From: Bugula neritina
Taxonomy: Eukaryota; Animalia; Bryozoa
NCBI GenBank assembly: GCA_964035545.1
Contig: OZ037765.1
Coordinates: 4,040,698-4,104,697, forward strand
Direction of reading: 5' to 3'
DNA length: 64,000 bases
The notes under the pieces are model-generated. The model was given only the letters and a program-made list of their open reading frames with translations. It was not told the DNA's origin and ran no database searches. The position numbers and the translations under genes are program-made. Positions within the stretch are counted from its first letter, which is position 1; the number at the start of each line of letters is the position of its first letter. Shown here in pieces: positions 38,625 through 53,000 of the stretch.

Positions 38625-41600
38625 CTACTGCTTAGAAACACGTCTACTCCTGACTGCATCAGCGTATGAAAAGATCGAGCAACGTGGTTGGGGTGCGTGA
38701 TTAAGACTTTGTGCACCCGGCGGATGAATTTTGTTTCTATTTCCGCCGATACAAAAGTTGATATTTCCGTGGTGTTGACAACTCCCACATTTGCTCGATA
38801 CTTTTCTCGTACGGTTTTCCCCTAGACTTTCATACACGCCACTTTTAACGCAGTCGCATATGAAGTCCTTCAAGTATGCGGGGGGTTGCCTCGTACGCTG
38901 TCCCCTTTCTAGGGGGGGTGACACGCTTGCCGGTTCGTTAGTAGGGGCCTCTAATGGCGTCTCTACTTCACCGTTAGTGGTCACCTCTTCTTGTTCTCCG
39001 GATGGAGCCCCTCCCTCCGTGGGGGTTTGCACTTCCGGAACCGGCTCGGTTTCTGGAAGTGACAGAATTAGACTTGGCGGTGGCGAACACGCTTCTGTTG
39101 GTAGAAGCTGCCGCTCCTCTCTCACCAAGTTTTCTTCCCGCGGTATGACCACTTCGTATTCAGGTCCATGCCGCCGTCGCCCGCGCGTTGTTGTCTGCCT
39201 CCTGGGCTCTAACAACGGGGGGGCTTCTCCCACTCCGTCGGGGCTAGCCCAATACGGTTTCAAGCGAGACTCATTCTGGATAGACACCTCTCCTGAGCGC
39301 TCAATCTTGTACGTATGATTGGGCATAGCCTCGACGACCACGTAGGGGCCTACGAACTTAGGCTTCAGTTTATCAGCCTGTCCGCGACGCCTACGGTAAT
39401 TGACCATCCACACCTTATCTCCCATTTGGTAGAGAGGTGGTTCATCGGAATCTTCGTGCCGCACCTTCCACTGCTGTTGGCGCAGTATATCGTGTGCGGC
39501 CTTCATCCGTTCCACTAGTTCACTGGCATACTCGTGAACCGAGTTGTCTTGCTCTGGAACGTAATAGGTGAGATGGTCAGGGACACGAGTCTCTCTCCCG
39601 AGCATCAAGAGGTTTGGGGTCTCACCAGTACTGGTGTGTGGGGTGCTACGGTATGCACGCATGACTTGCGGCAACACCGTATCCCATTCCTCTTGACCTC
39701 GTCCAAGGAGGAGACTCCGGAGTGCATCACCTAGCATCCGGTTGTTGCGCTCCACCACCCCGTTACCCTGAGGGTGGTAGGGGGTGGTCCTGCTCTGATT
39801 TACTCCCCAGAGGTGACAAAGGTCGCTCATCAGTTGAGACTGGAATTGAGCGCCTTGATCAGAGTGTATCTGTTCGGGGAGCCCAAAATAACAGAATACA
39901 TGTTGGTCTAGTGCCCTGGCCACTGTTGGGGCTGACGCATCTGGGATAGCCAGAGCATCCGCCCACCGAGTAAAGTGGTCGGTTAGTACTAGGATCCAAT
40001 TATTGCCTCTGGGGGTCAGGGGCATGGGTCCGACCAGGTCTACAGCGACTACTTGCCAGGGCCTACCAGCATATAGCCTCCGCCGTCCTGCTTCACCAGG
40101 GGGGCGGCTATGCTTACTGGCCTGGCAGATCTCACACTGTTTGACTCTGAGCCGGACGTCACGCTCCATTTGTGGCCAATACCACCGGAGTCGTAATTTG
40201 GACATCACTCTCTTGACCCCTGCGTGGGCCTGTTTGTGAGTATCCCAAATCAACTCACGGCGGATGGCCGTGGGGCAGACTACCCTCTTCCTTTCCGGGT
40301 GTCTGCCGCTGGCGGCTAGAGAGATGGTTAATAACCCATCCTGCCCGATCCGCAGCGAGTCCCAACGCTGACAGTATAGCCGGAACTCGGCGCATCCCTG
40401 TCGTATGCGTTCCTCGCTGGGTCGTCGTCCTTCCCTTTCGGCCCGGTATATGTCTGCCACGACTCCAGGCAGCTCTTCTTGGAGCTTCTTCAGCTCCCGA
40501 ACATTACCGGCCAGTACAGGGTTGGCGCGGAGGTTTTGTACATCCTCCGGGGACTCATCAACTCTTTGCCTGAGTTGACCTTGGTCCCAGTCAAACGGTG
40601 CTCTGTGGTGAGCCAGCGTCTCCAACTCGCATCGCGGGGGACCTCCATCCCTCCTCTCGATGTTGAGACACTGTTTGCAACCTCCGTCAGGTCGGCGACT
40701 CAACCCATCCGCATTGCTGTGTCTCTTGCCCGGTCGATGTTCGATCCGGTATGAGAATTCAGCTAGGATTTCGAGCCACCGGGCGACCTGTCTAGAGGGC
40801 TCTGCTCTCTTGCACAACCAGATCAGCGAGGCATGATCCGTACGCAGCCGGAACTTCCTGCCGTATAGGTATGGTCTGAAGTGCTTCACTGACTTGATTA
40901 CTGCCAGCAGCTCCTTGCGGGTAGTGCAGTAATTTCGTTCAGCGGGTGAGAGAGACTTGCTGTAGTAGGCTACTACTACCTCTCGGCCTTCCTGCACTTG
41001 TGACAGCACAGCGCCAACATTTTGGTCACTGGCGTCCGTGTCGAGGATGTACTCCAGAGTGGGGTCTGGGTAGGCCAAGATGGGCGCCGTTAGTAGGCAG
41101 CCCTTGAGGCGGTCGAACGGTAGAGGGTAGGCGTCCTGTATGGTTACGCTATTGAGTTTGCGGTAGTCCACACAGAACCGCCAACTGCCGTCTTTCTTCC
41201 GAACCAGTACGACTGGCGAGCTCCACGCACTATGGGCGGGCTCTATCAGTCCCCGGTCCAGAAGATCCCGTACTTGTCGGCTAACCTCCTTCTCTTTCTC
41301 CGGCTCCAGCCTGCGTGTGGGCTGCCGGACAGGGACTGTCCCTGCAGTCAGCGGTATTTCGTGTCTGACAATTCCAGTCAGTCCCACGTCATGCTCTCCG
41401 CTGCTGAACACATCACCGTAGTCGCGTAGTAACTTAGCCCTAGCTTGGCGTTCTTTGTTACTCGCGCAGCCGCCACTGGCTGTTTCGTATAACTCCCGGA
41501 GATGTGTTGGGACTGCCCCTCGTCCCTGAATAGGGCACTGAGGGAGTGCCTCTGTCGCATCACCCAGCGACGGGCCTACGTCTCCCTCCTGAACAGAGTG

Positions 41601-42650
41601 AAAACGGCCCAGCATCGACCCAGCCGGGAGCTTGATAGGCTTGGTAAAGGGGTTGACGCACTGCACTAAGATCTCCCCTTGCTCAGTCAGCTGATTCAGA
41701 CTGCTGGCAAGTTGGATCTTTTCGTGCGCGCCTTCAACCACCCCGAGTCCAGAGATCCGGCTATTATTCACCCTGCAGTGAATGGTAGCCCGGGAGCGGC
41801 CTGGTATGATACGGTTGTGTACCACTTGCACACCTCCCACTAAAGGGGGGCCGAACTTGTCGACGCAGGCGAGTTCCCGCCCGGACATCATCATTGCAGA
41901 TCTGCTAAAATCTATGTGACATCCGTGCCGTTTAAGGAACGGCATCCCGAGGATAGCATCCTCCTTGAGCTGACTGACGATGAACGTCTCTTGGATCGTT
42001 TGATCACGGACTCGTCCCGTCAGCTCAATTATACCATAGAAGGGAAGGCACGACCCGTCAGCTAGGGTGCCGTATTCCCCTTCGTATGATTCCATCTCGC
42101 CCCTGACCCTAGCACTGAGGGTGTCGAAGAGTTGGCGGCTTAAGAGGTTTGTGGTACAGCCCGAATCAATGAGGAAAGTAACAGCTTTGCCTTCCAGTTT
42201 ACCGGGCAAGAAATAGCTGTTCCCATGGGGCTGCACCTGAACTCTCTCTTCAGGCCCTACTCTCGCAGGGAGTACCTCCCTCGCTTTGGGTCGCGAAGGA
42301 GGTCTCTTGGGGCGGTGGTAGGTAGGCCTCGGGGGTGCCGAGGTTAGATCCCCGGCTACCTTTGTGGGCTCCCATCCAGATTCTTGGGCTCGTAGCCCTG
42401 TGAATCTGTTGTGAAGGGGCATAGAAAAGGCAGCCGCGGGGCGAAGCCCCTTGCTGGTCCGTCGTGGCTGTTGCCACTGTTGGTTGCCAGTACGCGGTAG
42501 CCGTCTGGGTGACCTGCGTTTCTTCTTCCCTGGGGGTTTCATCGTCGGCCCGCAGAAGGTGGGAACATCTGCGGGCCGCGGTAGTTTAACCCCTGATTTA
42601 GGAAGGGACAATATCGGCGGAAATGCCCTTGATTTCCGCACTCCCAGCAA
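38625..42650 (-). pseudogene. pol: Pol, copy 4, with an in-frame 606-bp deletion of the RT core
   Basis: DAYPLP is joined directly to FDRLKG near 41118; YLDD absent. Confidence 0.93.
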
Positions 42651-43492
42651 AAACTGACTGTTTCTCCCTGTGGCGGCGCCGATGGCCGCATGGGCTCAGG
42701 GGCGGTACTCACTGGGTTTTGTGGTGTCAGTGTTGCTATCAGCTTGGCTAGCATGTCTGTCAGTTGAGTGACTTTCGATGCCGTCGTCAACTGGGACACG
42801 GCAGCTGCGGCGGGGGTTTCCTCCCCTTGTCCCGCGGCCGTGTCTGCGCGGTCTATCTCCACTTGACGGGAGCTTCCGCGACTTTTATGCATTTGATTAG
42901 CTAGGAGGTAAGCTTCCCCCTCAGTCAGAGCATCTTCAACGGTGGTGACTCCCCTAGCTAGAAACTGGTGGTGGAGACCCAGATCGTCGACAGATGCTAT
43001 GAAAGCGTCGAGGGTATACCTCTCGCGGTTGACTGGGGGCAAGTCGCTGTACGCGATCTGTGCCAGCTTCATGACCGCGGCGGCATGCTCCCGCAGCGGG
43101 GTGCGGGGATCACGCCGCAACCTCTGTAATCGGGCCCTGGCATCTGTAGCAGAGAGGCCGAAGCGGGCCCGCAGAGAAGCAAAGATATTATCAATGTCTA
43201 CGCCCAGCCCATAAGGCTTGGCTTTGTCCATCAATGCCATTCTAAGCTTCAGCAAGGCCACCCTAGGGGGCCACTGGGCGACGTCCATTACGTCGCTAAA
43301 CTCTTGGATAAATTGTTCCACCTCCTCTTCACCCAAGAAGGTGGGCGCCTTTAACCTGTAGCGGTCCTCAGCTAGTTCTCGCGGAACCCTTCGCTCTTCT
43401 ACTACATGGTTAACAGGCATTGTCTCTACAGCATTGTCTCTACGCTCACCTTCTATTGCCGGTGGTTGAGTTCCAGCATTTTCAGTCTCCAT
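42539..43492 (-). CDS. gag: Gag, copy 4
   Basis: 317 aa, intact, with CCHC knuckle. Confidence 0.93.
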   Translation of the reverse strand: METENAGTQPPAIEGERRDNAVETMPVNHVVEERRVPRELAEDRYRLKAPTFLGEEEVEQFIQEFSDVMDVAQWPPRVALLKLRMALMDKAKPYGLGVDIDNIFASLRARFGLSATDARARLQRLRRDPRTPLREHAAAVMKLAQIAYSDLPPVNRERYTLDAFIASVDDLGLHHQFLARGVTTVEDALTEGEAYLLANQMHKSRGSSRQVEIDRADTAAGQGEETPAAAAVSQLTTASKVTQLTDMLAKLIATLTPQNPVSTAPEPMRPSAPPQGETVSFCWECGNQGHFRRYCPFLNQGLNYRGPQMFPPSAGRR

Positions 43493-44005
43493 CTTGGATG
43501 CACTATCCCACTGCTGCCACCACTGTTATGTTTTTCAGATTTAGGGTTGATGTGCTATCCAGAGAGTCTATTTATTTGCTATAGAACTGCACCAGGATAA
43601 GTCGAGTGAACGAGTATATTTTACACACAATTATACATTATCAAAACGATACATTATATTCAAACAAGTTACACATCTAATCTATTTCACACTCTAGCTT
43701 CGACTGAGTTAACAGCGGGAAACTACAACTGCTGCTAACTATCAACTACGCTAATTGGCTATCCATTGTTCCGGGTCAATTACGCGACCCTACATGTTGT
43801 GCTGCTGGTAGTTCCACGAACCACCACAATATTACTAGTATGGGCTATCTATTTCTACAGTATATCACTAGGAGCACATTAGAAAATAACAAAGGGGCTG
43901 ATGGGTTGCAGTGCTTTTTTATTCGTGTTGGAACTCTTCATATGTATTTCTAGGTTGGGTTATAAACTGAGACACTATTGTTAGTGGCTCTAATATTCTG
44001 GTGAA

Positions 44006-47000
44006 ATGAAGCTGCTGAAGTTGCAAGTAGCTGTATTTGTGTTAGCAACTGTTGATGGTGAGTGACTTTTTGATTATTATTTCAGCTGCAGTTCAATAAT
44101 GCCTATCTGTAGGTTTGATTGAATGTGCAAATGCATATTTTAATGTAGTTGACTGTATTCAGCACAGCATGCTATATGTAAAAGCTGATGCTGATATGAA
44201 TACTTATGCCAAATAAACTGTCTTAAGTGATAGCTTTTTCAACTACATTTACATCATAACTTTACTGGTTGATAAGACATACAGCTACCTGTTATAGACA
44301 TTACTTCTAGTTCCCTGTAATACAAGAATGTCTCAAACTTCCTCTTACTATTCATTATATTATTGTTTGTTTAGTATATGGAACACATGATATTTTAGCA
44401 TACACTCAATCCTTTCATTTGCTAACATGCAGTGTGCATTTGCTAGTGTGCTGCTCTCTTTCAATCTATTTAAAAACATACCCATTGTAAAGGCTGTCAA
44501 AAGCGTTTGCAGGGCTTATACAAAAGTAAGAATATTTTCAAATTGATAGCCCAGTTATCTTTTCTGAGAATAGCAAAGCCTAGAAAGAAATCTGTGGTTT
44601 ATTTGATAAATGTTTGTGAAGAACACACATATAACTAAATTTAAAGGTTGGCTTCACAACACTAAACTTTCCTATCTACAGAAATCTATTAGTAATTTAA
44701 GTTTTTATTTTTTGTTGTAAATTGGGCTAATGAGTTATTAACATCAGTGAACTAAGATCTCCTACACTCTTGTTTGTCTGGAGAAATCTTATGCAGTATT
44801 ATTGTTCATCTATAATTTTACTGTTTTATTTCGTTGGTTTTTCAGATAAGTGGATGTTTTTTGTCCTTATTGCTACCTTCATTGGCCAGTACATGTATGT
44901 AAGCAGTTAAACACACTTAAATGTTTGTCAGAAGATATAATATAGCTAACTATGTACTAGTAGTGCTATGCTACTTGCTTTGTTTTTGTTTTATTAAAAC
45001 CTGCCTTTGCATACTTTTTCAGCTTTAACCTGTGACTGGACATCAGGTGAGGGTAGACTAGATTCTTACATAACATCTGGTAGTATAAAGACTCTCTCTG
45101 TAAACAGTGAAGATGATTGTAAAGCTCAGTGTATGCAGCAGACATCATTTATATGTGCCTCAATAAACTACAGAACTGACGATGGAAACTGTCAACTGTT
45201 AGCAGAGAATACTCAGACTGCTACTGTTAGTAGTTCTGATAGTCAGTGGAGATACTCTGTTAGACCAGACTGTGCTGGTGAGTATAGAGTAATATTGAAG
45301 TTTAGATGAAAGTGTAGAGTAATTATATTAGACTAGACTGTAAAGTCTAATCCAGAAGCTCTCAATCTCCAGTGATCTGAGTACTAGGGAAAAATTTAAG
45401 GGGAATGCTCTGTCCACTCACAATAATTATTATTCATGTTTTCTCAATAATTTGTATATAATTTACTATACCATGCACATTAACACCATAATAATATTAA
45501 GCATTGACTTGGACGTGATACTTGAAACTTTAGTGTGATTGAATAAGGTACATAGGCTAAATAGTTTTAGAACCAGTGCTTTAGATGGTTGAAAATGAAT
45601 TGTGGGTAATTAATATTTTACTAGTATATAATTTCTATGATTTCCTCAATTTTTTAAAGCTTAAGTTGTTTCTGTCATTGCCAAAGAGTAAATAAGTTAT
45701 TATATACTGCACATATGTTGTTTTGTTTTCTAATTTAACTGACTAAAGCTAGAGTTGAAATTATAAATAGAAATAACTTTTATCTGATGCAGTATAATAT
45801 GCAGTGCGCAAAGTTGTGAAATATACGCAGTGTATAACATATTTTATGCAAATGCAATAGGAAATTGGTTCTAACAAATGTGAAACAGGCCTATGTCTAA
45901 CTTTTAGGTTAGGCAACCATAAAATTCACAGCAAGTTTCTGCATTAGTTGAAGAGTAGTTATTAGTAATTGACTTTTCTTCATCTTTGCTTATCCATTTG
46001 TAAATGTAATTCTTCCCTTGTTTTTCTCCTGTTCTGTAACACCAAGCATTGAACAAGCAATTATTATTTGTTCTGGAAGTTTCTCGATATGCAATTTACA
46101 ATGATTAGCTAAAAGAATGTGCCAAGAAAAAACCTGTTTTTAAATTTGTTTGTTGAAGCCTCATGTTCTGTAAAACTTGAATGTTATAGTTCTTATTCAA
46201 CAACTTCGTCTAACATTTGCCCAATTTTGGAGACTTTGCTTCATTAATATTATCTCACCAGGCGTATTATTTAAATATAAGAGTTTGCATGGTGGTTGCA
46301 AGCTCCTGCAGTTGTGTAATTTATTTTTGCTAATTACGTTTTTGGTCACTGTAAGCTTAAATATTGTATTTCACAGGAATATGGCAGCCATGGACAGCTA
46401 CTAGAGGTTACTATCTAAACAGTGGAGTACAGAAGCGCAACCAGACAAGTATATCAGACCTCAGAGACTGTATGAGTTTCTGTTTACAAGATGAAGACAT
46501 CAGTTATAACTGTAGTTCTATAGTGAAGGCAGTGAGTGGAGATCAATGTGAGATTGTCAACAAGAGATCAGATGATACTGGAGTGACACCAGAAGTAAAA
46601 ACAGACTATCAGTACTTTAATCTCCCTCTCTGGTATTCAGGTATGAGTGAAACCCTTAATTTCTAATTTGTATATAATCTCTATTTAACTAATACTTAAC
46701 GTTATTAAAATCAAAGCAATTTACTTTTTTGACATTTCAATATAACTAATGAAGCTGTAGAGTAGTTTAATAGAAATGTACATGATTCTAATATATTTAG
46801 AATACATGGAGAGAGGTAATGACCTTTCTCATGATATACTTGAATAAATCAACTGCATATCCTACTACTAGATACACTAGATACACTAACTGTGTGAAAA
46901 GTTTTACTTGTGTAGTAGCAAATTTTTGTAAATTATTATTTTAATTGTGACATGACAGCTGATTGATGCAACTGCAGTATCAAGTTTCAGAATTAAATTG

Positions 47001-50000
47001 CCTTAAAAATGAAAATTCGGATATTTACCTTTACAATATTTAACATAATTATTGTATGTTCACTGGAATTTCACTTTAGCTGGAGTTAATAGTAATTATA
47101 ACAGCAAAGATATAAATGCAACTTCAGACTTGACTAGTAAACTTTCTAAGTTTCTAATATTTTATACTCTGAAAAATTTTCACGATGCAACATTTTGTTT
47201 CTGTTTGGTTTTATACACATTATATTTTTGTGTTCTGTAGATAACTCTGACGGTACAACCGACACAAAAATAATACATTATGGATCAGCAGCAACTGCTT
47301 TCATGTTACTCTTCAACTATAAGATAGAAGCAGACGGATATCTAGTTGGCTGGAAGTATATGATTGGTTATTCTACTGACTACTGTGACTCATATGCTGC
47401 TATCTGGAGACAGACAGGAGAAGGTAACTCTGCTGTATTCAATCTGATTACAGAAACTCTACTCACACCTGAAGATGTATCTACGGGAGGAATCAGATTC
47501 CAGTTTGTACAGAACTCTACAGAGGTAGTTAGAAAAGGAGACTTTCTTGCTCTGTATGTAGAAAAGTTGAGTGGATCTGGTTGTAGAGGTAACCTCGTCT
47601 CATTTAGACCAAGTAGGTCAGGAGATCCTCTAGCTTACATACGTTCTCCACTTAATCATAACAGAGACAGAGTAGACAGACTCACAGCTTCAGATGTTAG
47701 ACAAGAACCTAGAGGAGTAGCACTGAGAGCCTACATAGCAGGTGATTATATTACACTGGTGCAATGCCCTGTCTCGATTGTTTCTAATAAATAATGCACA
47801 ACAAATAAATTTGGATACTTAATGTCTGTTTTGATGCACATTTTACTCCTAGTTAAACTAAGTTGCAAACTTCTTTAGCTACTTTTACTGAATTGATAGC
47901 AAGGAATGTCAAATGTGTTTTTAGTGTATGCCTAAAGCCTTATCTAAACTAGGCTTTATTTATTTTAATACACTACCACATTCTAGTTTTAGCTGACAGC
48001 CAAACAAAATTACGCTTTAGAGTACAGAAAAATTTTCATGTATTTTTATATTTACGTAATTCGGTCAACAAACTATTTTTTTAAGATTAAATTTGGAATC
48101 AACGTAGTCAATAACTCTAAAACTAGGCTTTTATCTAATTTTTAGCAGTCTATCTTTTCGTCTAAATTTTTGTGCTGTTTACTCTTACTGTATTTAGCAA
48201 ACCTTAGTTTTATATGTGTAAAACCTGCGTTCATTACACTACTTGACTTTTTTAAATAGCTGTAAAGGAATAAGAATTATATGTTCATGCTGTTTGTTTA
48301 ATTTTTTAGAACTTTTGAAGCTGTCTGGAGATCCAGTATCTTCTCACACAGATGTGTCATCAGGAGAAATCAGAATTACATGGGAATTTCCAGCTACTGT
48401 ATCCAATCAGGAGCTCACAACTACTCATTTTAAAATAGAATGTTCAGACAACTCCAACTTCAACACAATAATAAGCTCTAAATTAGTTTCTATAGACTAC
48501 AGAGAGACTGTAATTAGTAATCTGAATATGCAACAACCTTACTATGCTAGAGTATCCACTGTGAGGAATTATCATAGTGAAGAGTTAATACAAGATGTCT
48601 ATACAGTCAACTCTCTATTCTGTGCAGGTATAAATTATTTATAAGCTAATTTTATAATTTGCCACAAACAAAACAATTATATAATATAAGTATATAATTG
48701 TTAGTCGTCATATAAAATTGTCAAGTAAATTGTTCACCTAACTATAATGTTACATAGTAGAAATGTTAGACTGGTAATAATATTTTACAGATAAAATAAT
48801 CAAGTATAGGGTATATCATATATATAGTATCTATTATAGTATATATGTATATGTGTGTGTGCGTGTGCATGTGTGTGGGCTTCGGCACAAGGTTTATGGT
48901 TCAACACCCAAAGGCCATTGGTGATGTCAGGAAGAGCATCCATAATGGCTCCTGTGCCTCATCTGAAAATGTTCTTAGCCCAATTTATAAGAACCTTTTC
49001 CATCAGGGTTTCTCACAGGGGTATCGACTATAAGTTTGCATGAGTAAGATTAAGACTGACTCAAAGTGAATGTGGTACTATTTAAGAGCTCACAGTGATA
49101 ATTGCAGGTAGTCATAGTGATAGTCATATTAATAGTCATATTAATAGTAATGGTAATACTTTTAATTGTTCTCGTACTAATACTGAACTTAGCTCTTCAA
49201 CTTGCATGAGTTCCCCCCCCTTCGGCCCTCCCAACCGACCAGGACATGGCAGTGAAAGGTGAATATTCTATATTATTGTGTTGACATATTAACTCACTAG
49301 CTGTTCTCATATATCCTATAGAAAGAGGTAAATTAACAGCTGGAGATGTTATCATAACAGAAAGTGGTATTCTTAAACCAGAAGAAGAGAGACTAGTTAC
49401 TGTGTCTATACCTTTACTTGTAAGTTTATATTTTATATAGATGTAGAAAGACATTTTGAGCACTGTTGCTAATAGTTGTGTGCTACAGAATAGGAATAGA
49501 ACCTGTATTTATCTGATAGGTCTGTTCTACACCAGCTTTCTTCATTATAAGCATAGTTAATTTACAATTGAATAGCAATTCACATCAATATTGAATATAC
49601 TCTTATAGTGGGGGTGCCAACATGCCAAAATGGGCGGGTGAAGCACATCAATACTAACCTTTGTTGCTATATATCACTGCAAAGCCAACATTCTACTGAT
49701 CTCAGATCTGCGAGTACCTTTTTTGTATCTGGGGGGGTTCTCTCGTGAGAGGGGTGGATATACAGGGGTTCAGCATTTTTCAAGGGGGGACTATGGAACT
49801 CTAAATATTTAATTTTCTGAGTAGTTTAAGTTTGACATTAAAAATATTTTCAAGAAAGGCTGTACACATATGACACTTTCTCTAACAAAAGTTTTGACCA
49901 AAAATAAAAAAGTGGGCGGAGCCTATAATATGACAAACTACTTTTTTGCATATACCTGATATTCTCTAAACTGCTACTTTTCTGTTCTAGCATTTAGAAT

Positions 50001-53000
50001 GTTGATTTTTGGTATAAAAATACTCTATTGTGTTCTAATAATGCTCTCCAGTTTTCATTACATTCTGAACTATATAACTTCTTTCCCAACCATAACAAAT
50101 AAAAAACATAAAACGGGAGTTATCTCCTCCGTTAAAAATTATTGCATTTTTACCCAATAATATTGCTCTTTGTTGAAAGGAACAACATCAGCATAATAAA
50201 AATGTATTCTTAGTGTGTTTATATTAGCTTATTAGTGACAGGGTTTCAGTAATTGATCTTGGAAAAAATGAAAAAATAATTTTGCATAGCATTAAGTTGA
50301 AAGTTCATGATATAATCAATTCATCATACTCATCAAAGATTAAACCACCTAAACAGACTACGAAAGCAAATAGCATAAAAGAAATATCACATATAATTCA
50401 CAATGACATAATAAATGCCTGAAAACAAACAGAAACCTTCAACATATGCTTAGAGAGCTTACAGAGTGTGATCCCAAATAGTCTCAGGTTATTTCTTGAT
50501 GAACTTGGAACAAAGGAGCCTGGGAAATCAGCTCTTTCGCATGATATCATTGCATCAGTGACAAACAAAATCACCCCTAAGCAAGTTTTATTGGGAACAG
50601 CAGTAAGACATTTAACTGGAAGCAAGCAGGTTATTGGGCAACTAAATAAATTAGGCCACAGTTGTTCATATACGGAATTGTTGAGATTAGAAACGGCGGC
50701 AGCGGTTAATGAAATAAACTCGGCAGTTGATCGTGGAGTTGTGATTCCATCAAATATTCGACCAGCATCACATGGCTTTATACAAGCAGCAGCAGATAAT
50801 GATGATTTTTTGGAAGATACGGTTGACGGAAAGAATACAACACATGGCACCACAATGATTTTGATTCAGGAAGGTTCCATTGGAGCTGAAATGAAGACAA
50901 TCATTAGAACTAGAGAAAGATCACTGAGCACTGATTCTTACAGACAGCTACAGGAAATCAAATTTATTGAGCTTAGAAAACCAAAAATCGATCCCCCAGC
51001 TTTTCGAGAATCTAGGGCAATCACAAAACTTAGTCAAAACTTAGTCATGAGATCATAGAGATCGTGCGAGACGGACGTGTTTTCGAGCGCAATTGGCAAA
51101 TTGAAATTATTTTACAAAAAAAAACTTTTTTAAACATCTTTATTACCTAACCTAAACATAAATTTCTTTGCATACTAACGATAGCTCACTAACTATACAT
51201 CTGTGAGCCTAAAGAAAAGGTGGTCTGGCCGATTTAGGCACTACCTGGTCAGTTCAGTTGTTGCTGATTTCAGTTGTCAGTTGATTTGAGACCAATTTTT
51301 CTGAGTCACTCTTTAGAGTAAATTATTTATTTTTTTTTTATTTTTCTCAGTGACTACTTTAGAGTAAATTATTTATTTATTTTTTTTGTTTGTTATTTTT
51401 TTCAGTGATTTTGGATTTGAGTTGATTTGAGTTCAGTTGTCACTGAGTTCAGTTGTCGCAGTTGTCAGTTGATTTGAGACCAATTTTTCTGAGTCACTAG
51501 ACAGTGACTACTTTAGAGTATATTATTTATTTATTTTTTTTTTTTTTTTGTTATTTTTTTTTCAGTGATTTTGGATTTGAATTGATTTGAGTTCAGTTGT
51601 CACTGAGTTCAGTTGTCGCAGTTGTCAGTTGATTTGAGACCAATTTTTCTGAGTCACTAGACAGTGACTACTTTAGAGTATATTATTTATTTATTTTTTA
51701 TTTATTTATTTATTTATTTATTTTTTTTTTTTTCAGTGACTGCTTCAGAGTAAATTATTTTTATTTTCACTGATTTTGGATTTTGGATCTGCATTCTTTC
51801 AGGATATTTGCAATTCGGTTTCGTTCTTCTTTTGTCTTGATTGCTTCTGCTTTGGTTGAAGTTGCTTGCCCTTACAAATATTTTCTCTTTTTTTTTCTGT
51901 TGGGCTCTTTTCTAGGAGCAAACTACTTTACATTTCATAAAGCAAATAATTTTCATAAAGCAAATAAATTTGTCCTTTGCTGGTTGTTCTTGCCCCTGCA
52001 TTTCTCTTGCCTCTGCTTTTTCTCCTTTGTTTTCTTCTCGGAGCAGGCAGTTTTGTTGCTTCGCTCTGAAATTCTTTCCCTCTTCTAGGGGTACCTGATC
52101 TGACACCTATTCTTGGTCTGTAAACACCTGCAATGGCTGGTAAGGAGTCTGGTGGTCAGAGTTCTCGTACTAGTTCAACCTCGGGGAGCTCTAATGCATG
52201 CACATTATGCACAATGTCAACATATAATAAACCCAGTCTTGAGTGCTGTCTCTGTTCAAGATCGACACATACCAACTGTCTACCAGACTGGAAGGACCTA
52301 AATCGATCTATAGATATCACCAAACTGTTTTCTAGATCTGGCTTGAAATGGTATTGCCAGACATGTGAGCCCACGCTCAGTGATTACATCAGCGGTGATG
52401 AAATTAAAAAATCTCTTGCTCAAATAGAAACTAAAATGGATTCTGTCCAAAACCTGGTCTGTGAGAATATCAAACTGACCAAATCTGAGATAATCAAGCC
52501 CGATAACACAGAACCCTGGTTTACTAAAATCAAACAAACTGTCGAAAGATTGGAAACCAATGCCCAATCCCAACTGAAACGAAAAGAGAAGGAAGAACGT
52601 GCCCATAGTGTTATCATACATGGCTTAAAAGAGAATAACAATACCATGGAAGAGATTATGGAAATATGTGATATTCTAAGTTTCAATCATGAGTCTCTGT
52701 TAAAATTCTCTAGACTAGGTAGACGTAACATGAACCTCCCCAACTCTGATAAAATAAGACCAGTTAAAGCCACCTTTAATTCTGAGATGAATAAAAATGA
52801 TTTTATGTATAGATACAACACCTGGGAAAATAAAGCATCTACATTTTGTACACCAGACCTATCTCCTGAAGAGCGTGACCGTGACTATAAACTTAGAAAA
52901 CTGAGAGACGAATTAAAAGCAACTCACTCAGACAAAATGTTTCAAGTAAGAAATGGCTCTATTTACTCCAAGTCTAAAACATCCAGGTCAGACCGCTGGT

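Larger units (their letters stand above)
37152..43828 (-). mobile_element. Ty3/Gypsy copy 4 (subfamily A), reverse orientation, internally deleted
   Basis: LTRs 43524-43828 and 37152-37456 (305 bp, identical by eye), TSD ATAT. Confidence 0.98.

Noticed and set aside
41100-41135. RT deletion in copy 4 as a spliced-out intron
   Set aside because: The deleted segment does not begin with GT at the observed junction.
48860-49230. Possible SINE or retroelement UTR fragment (gtcaggaagagcatcc)
   Set aside because: No boundaries, TSD or Pol III boxes that I can support.
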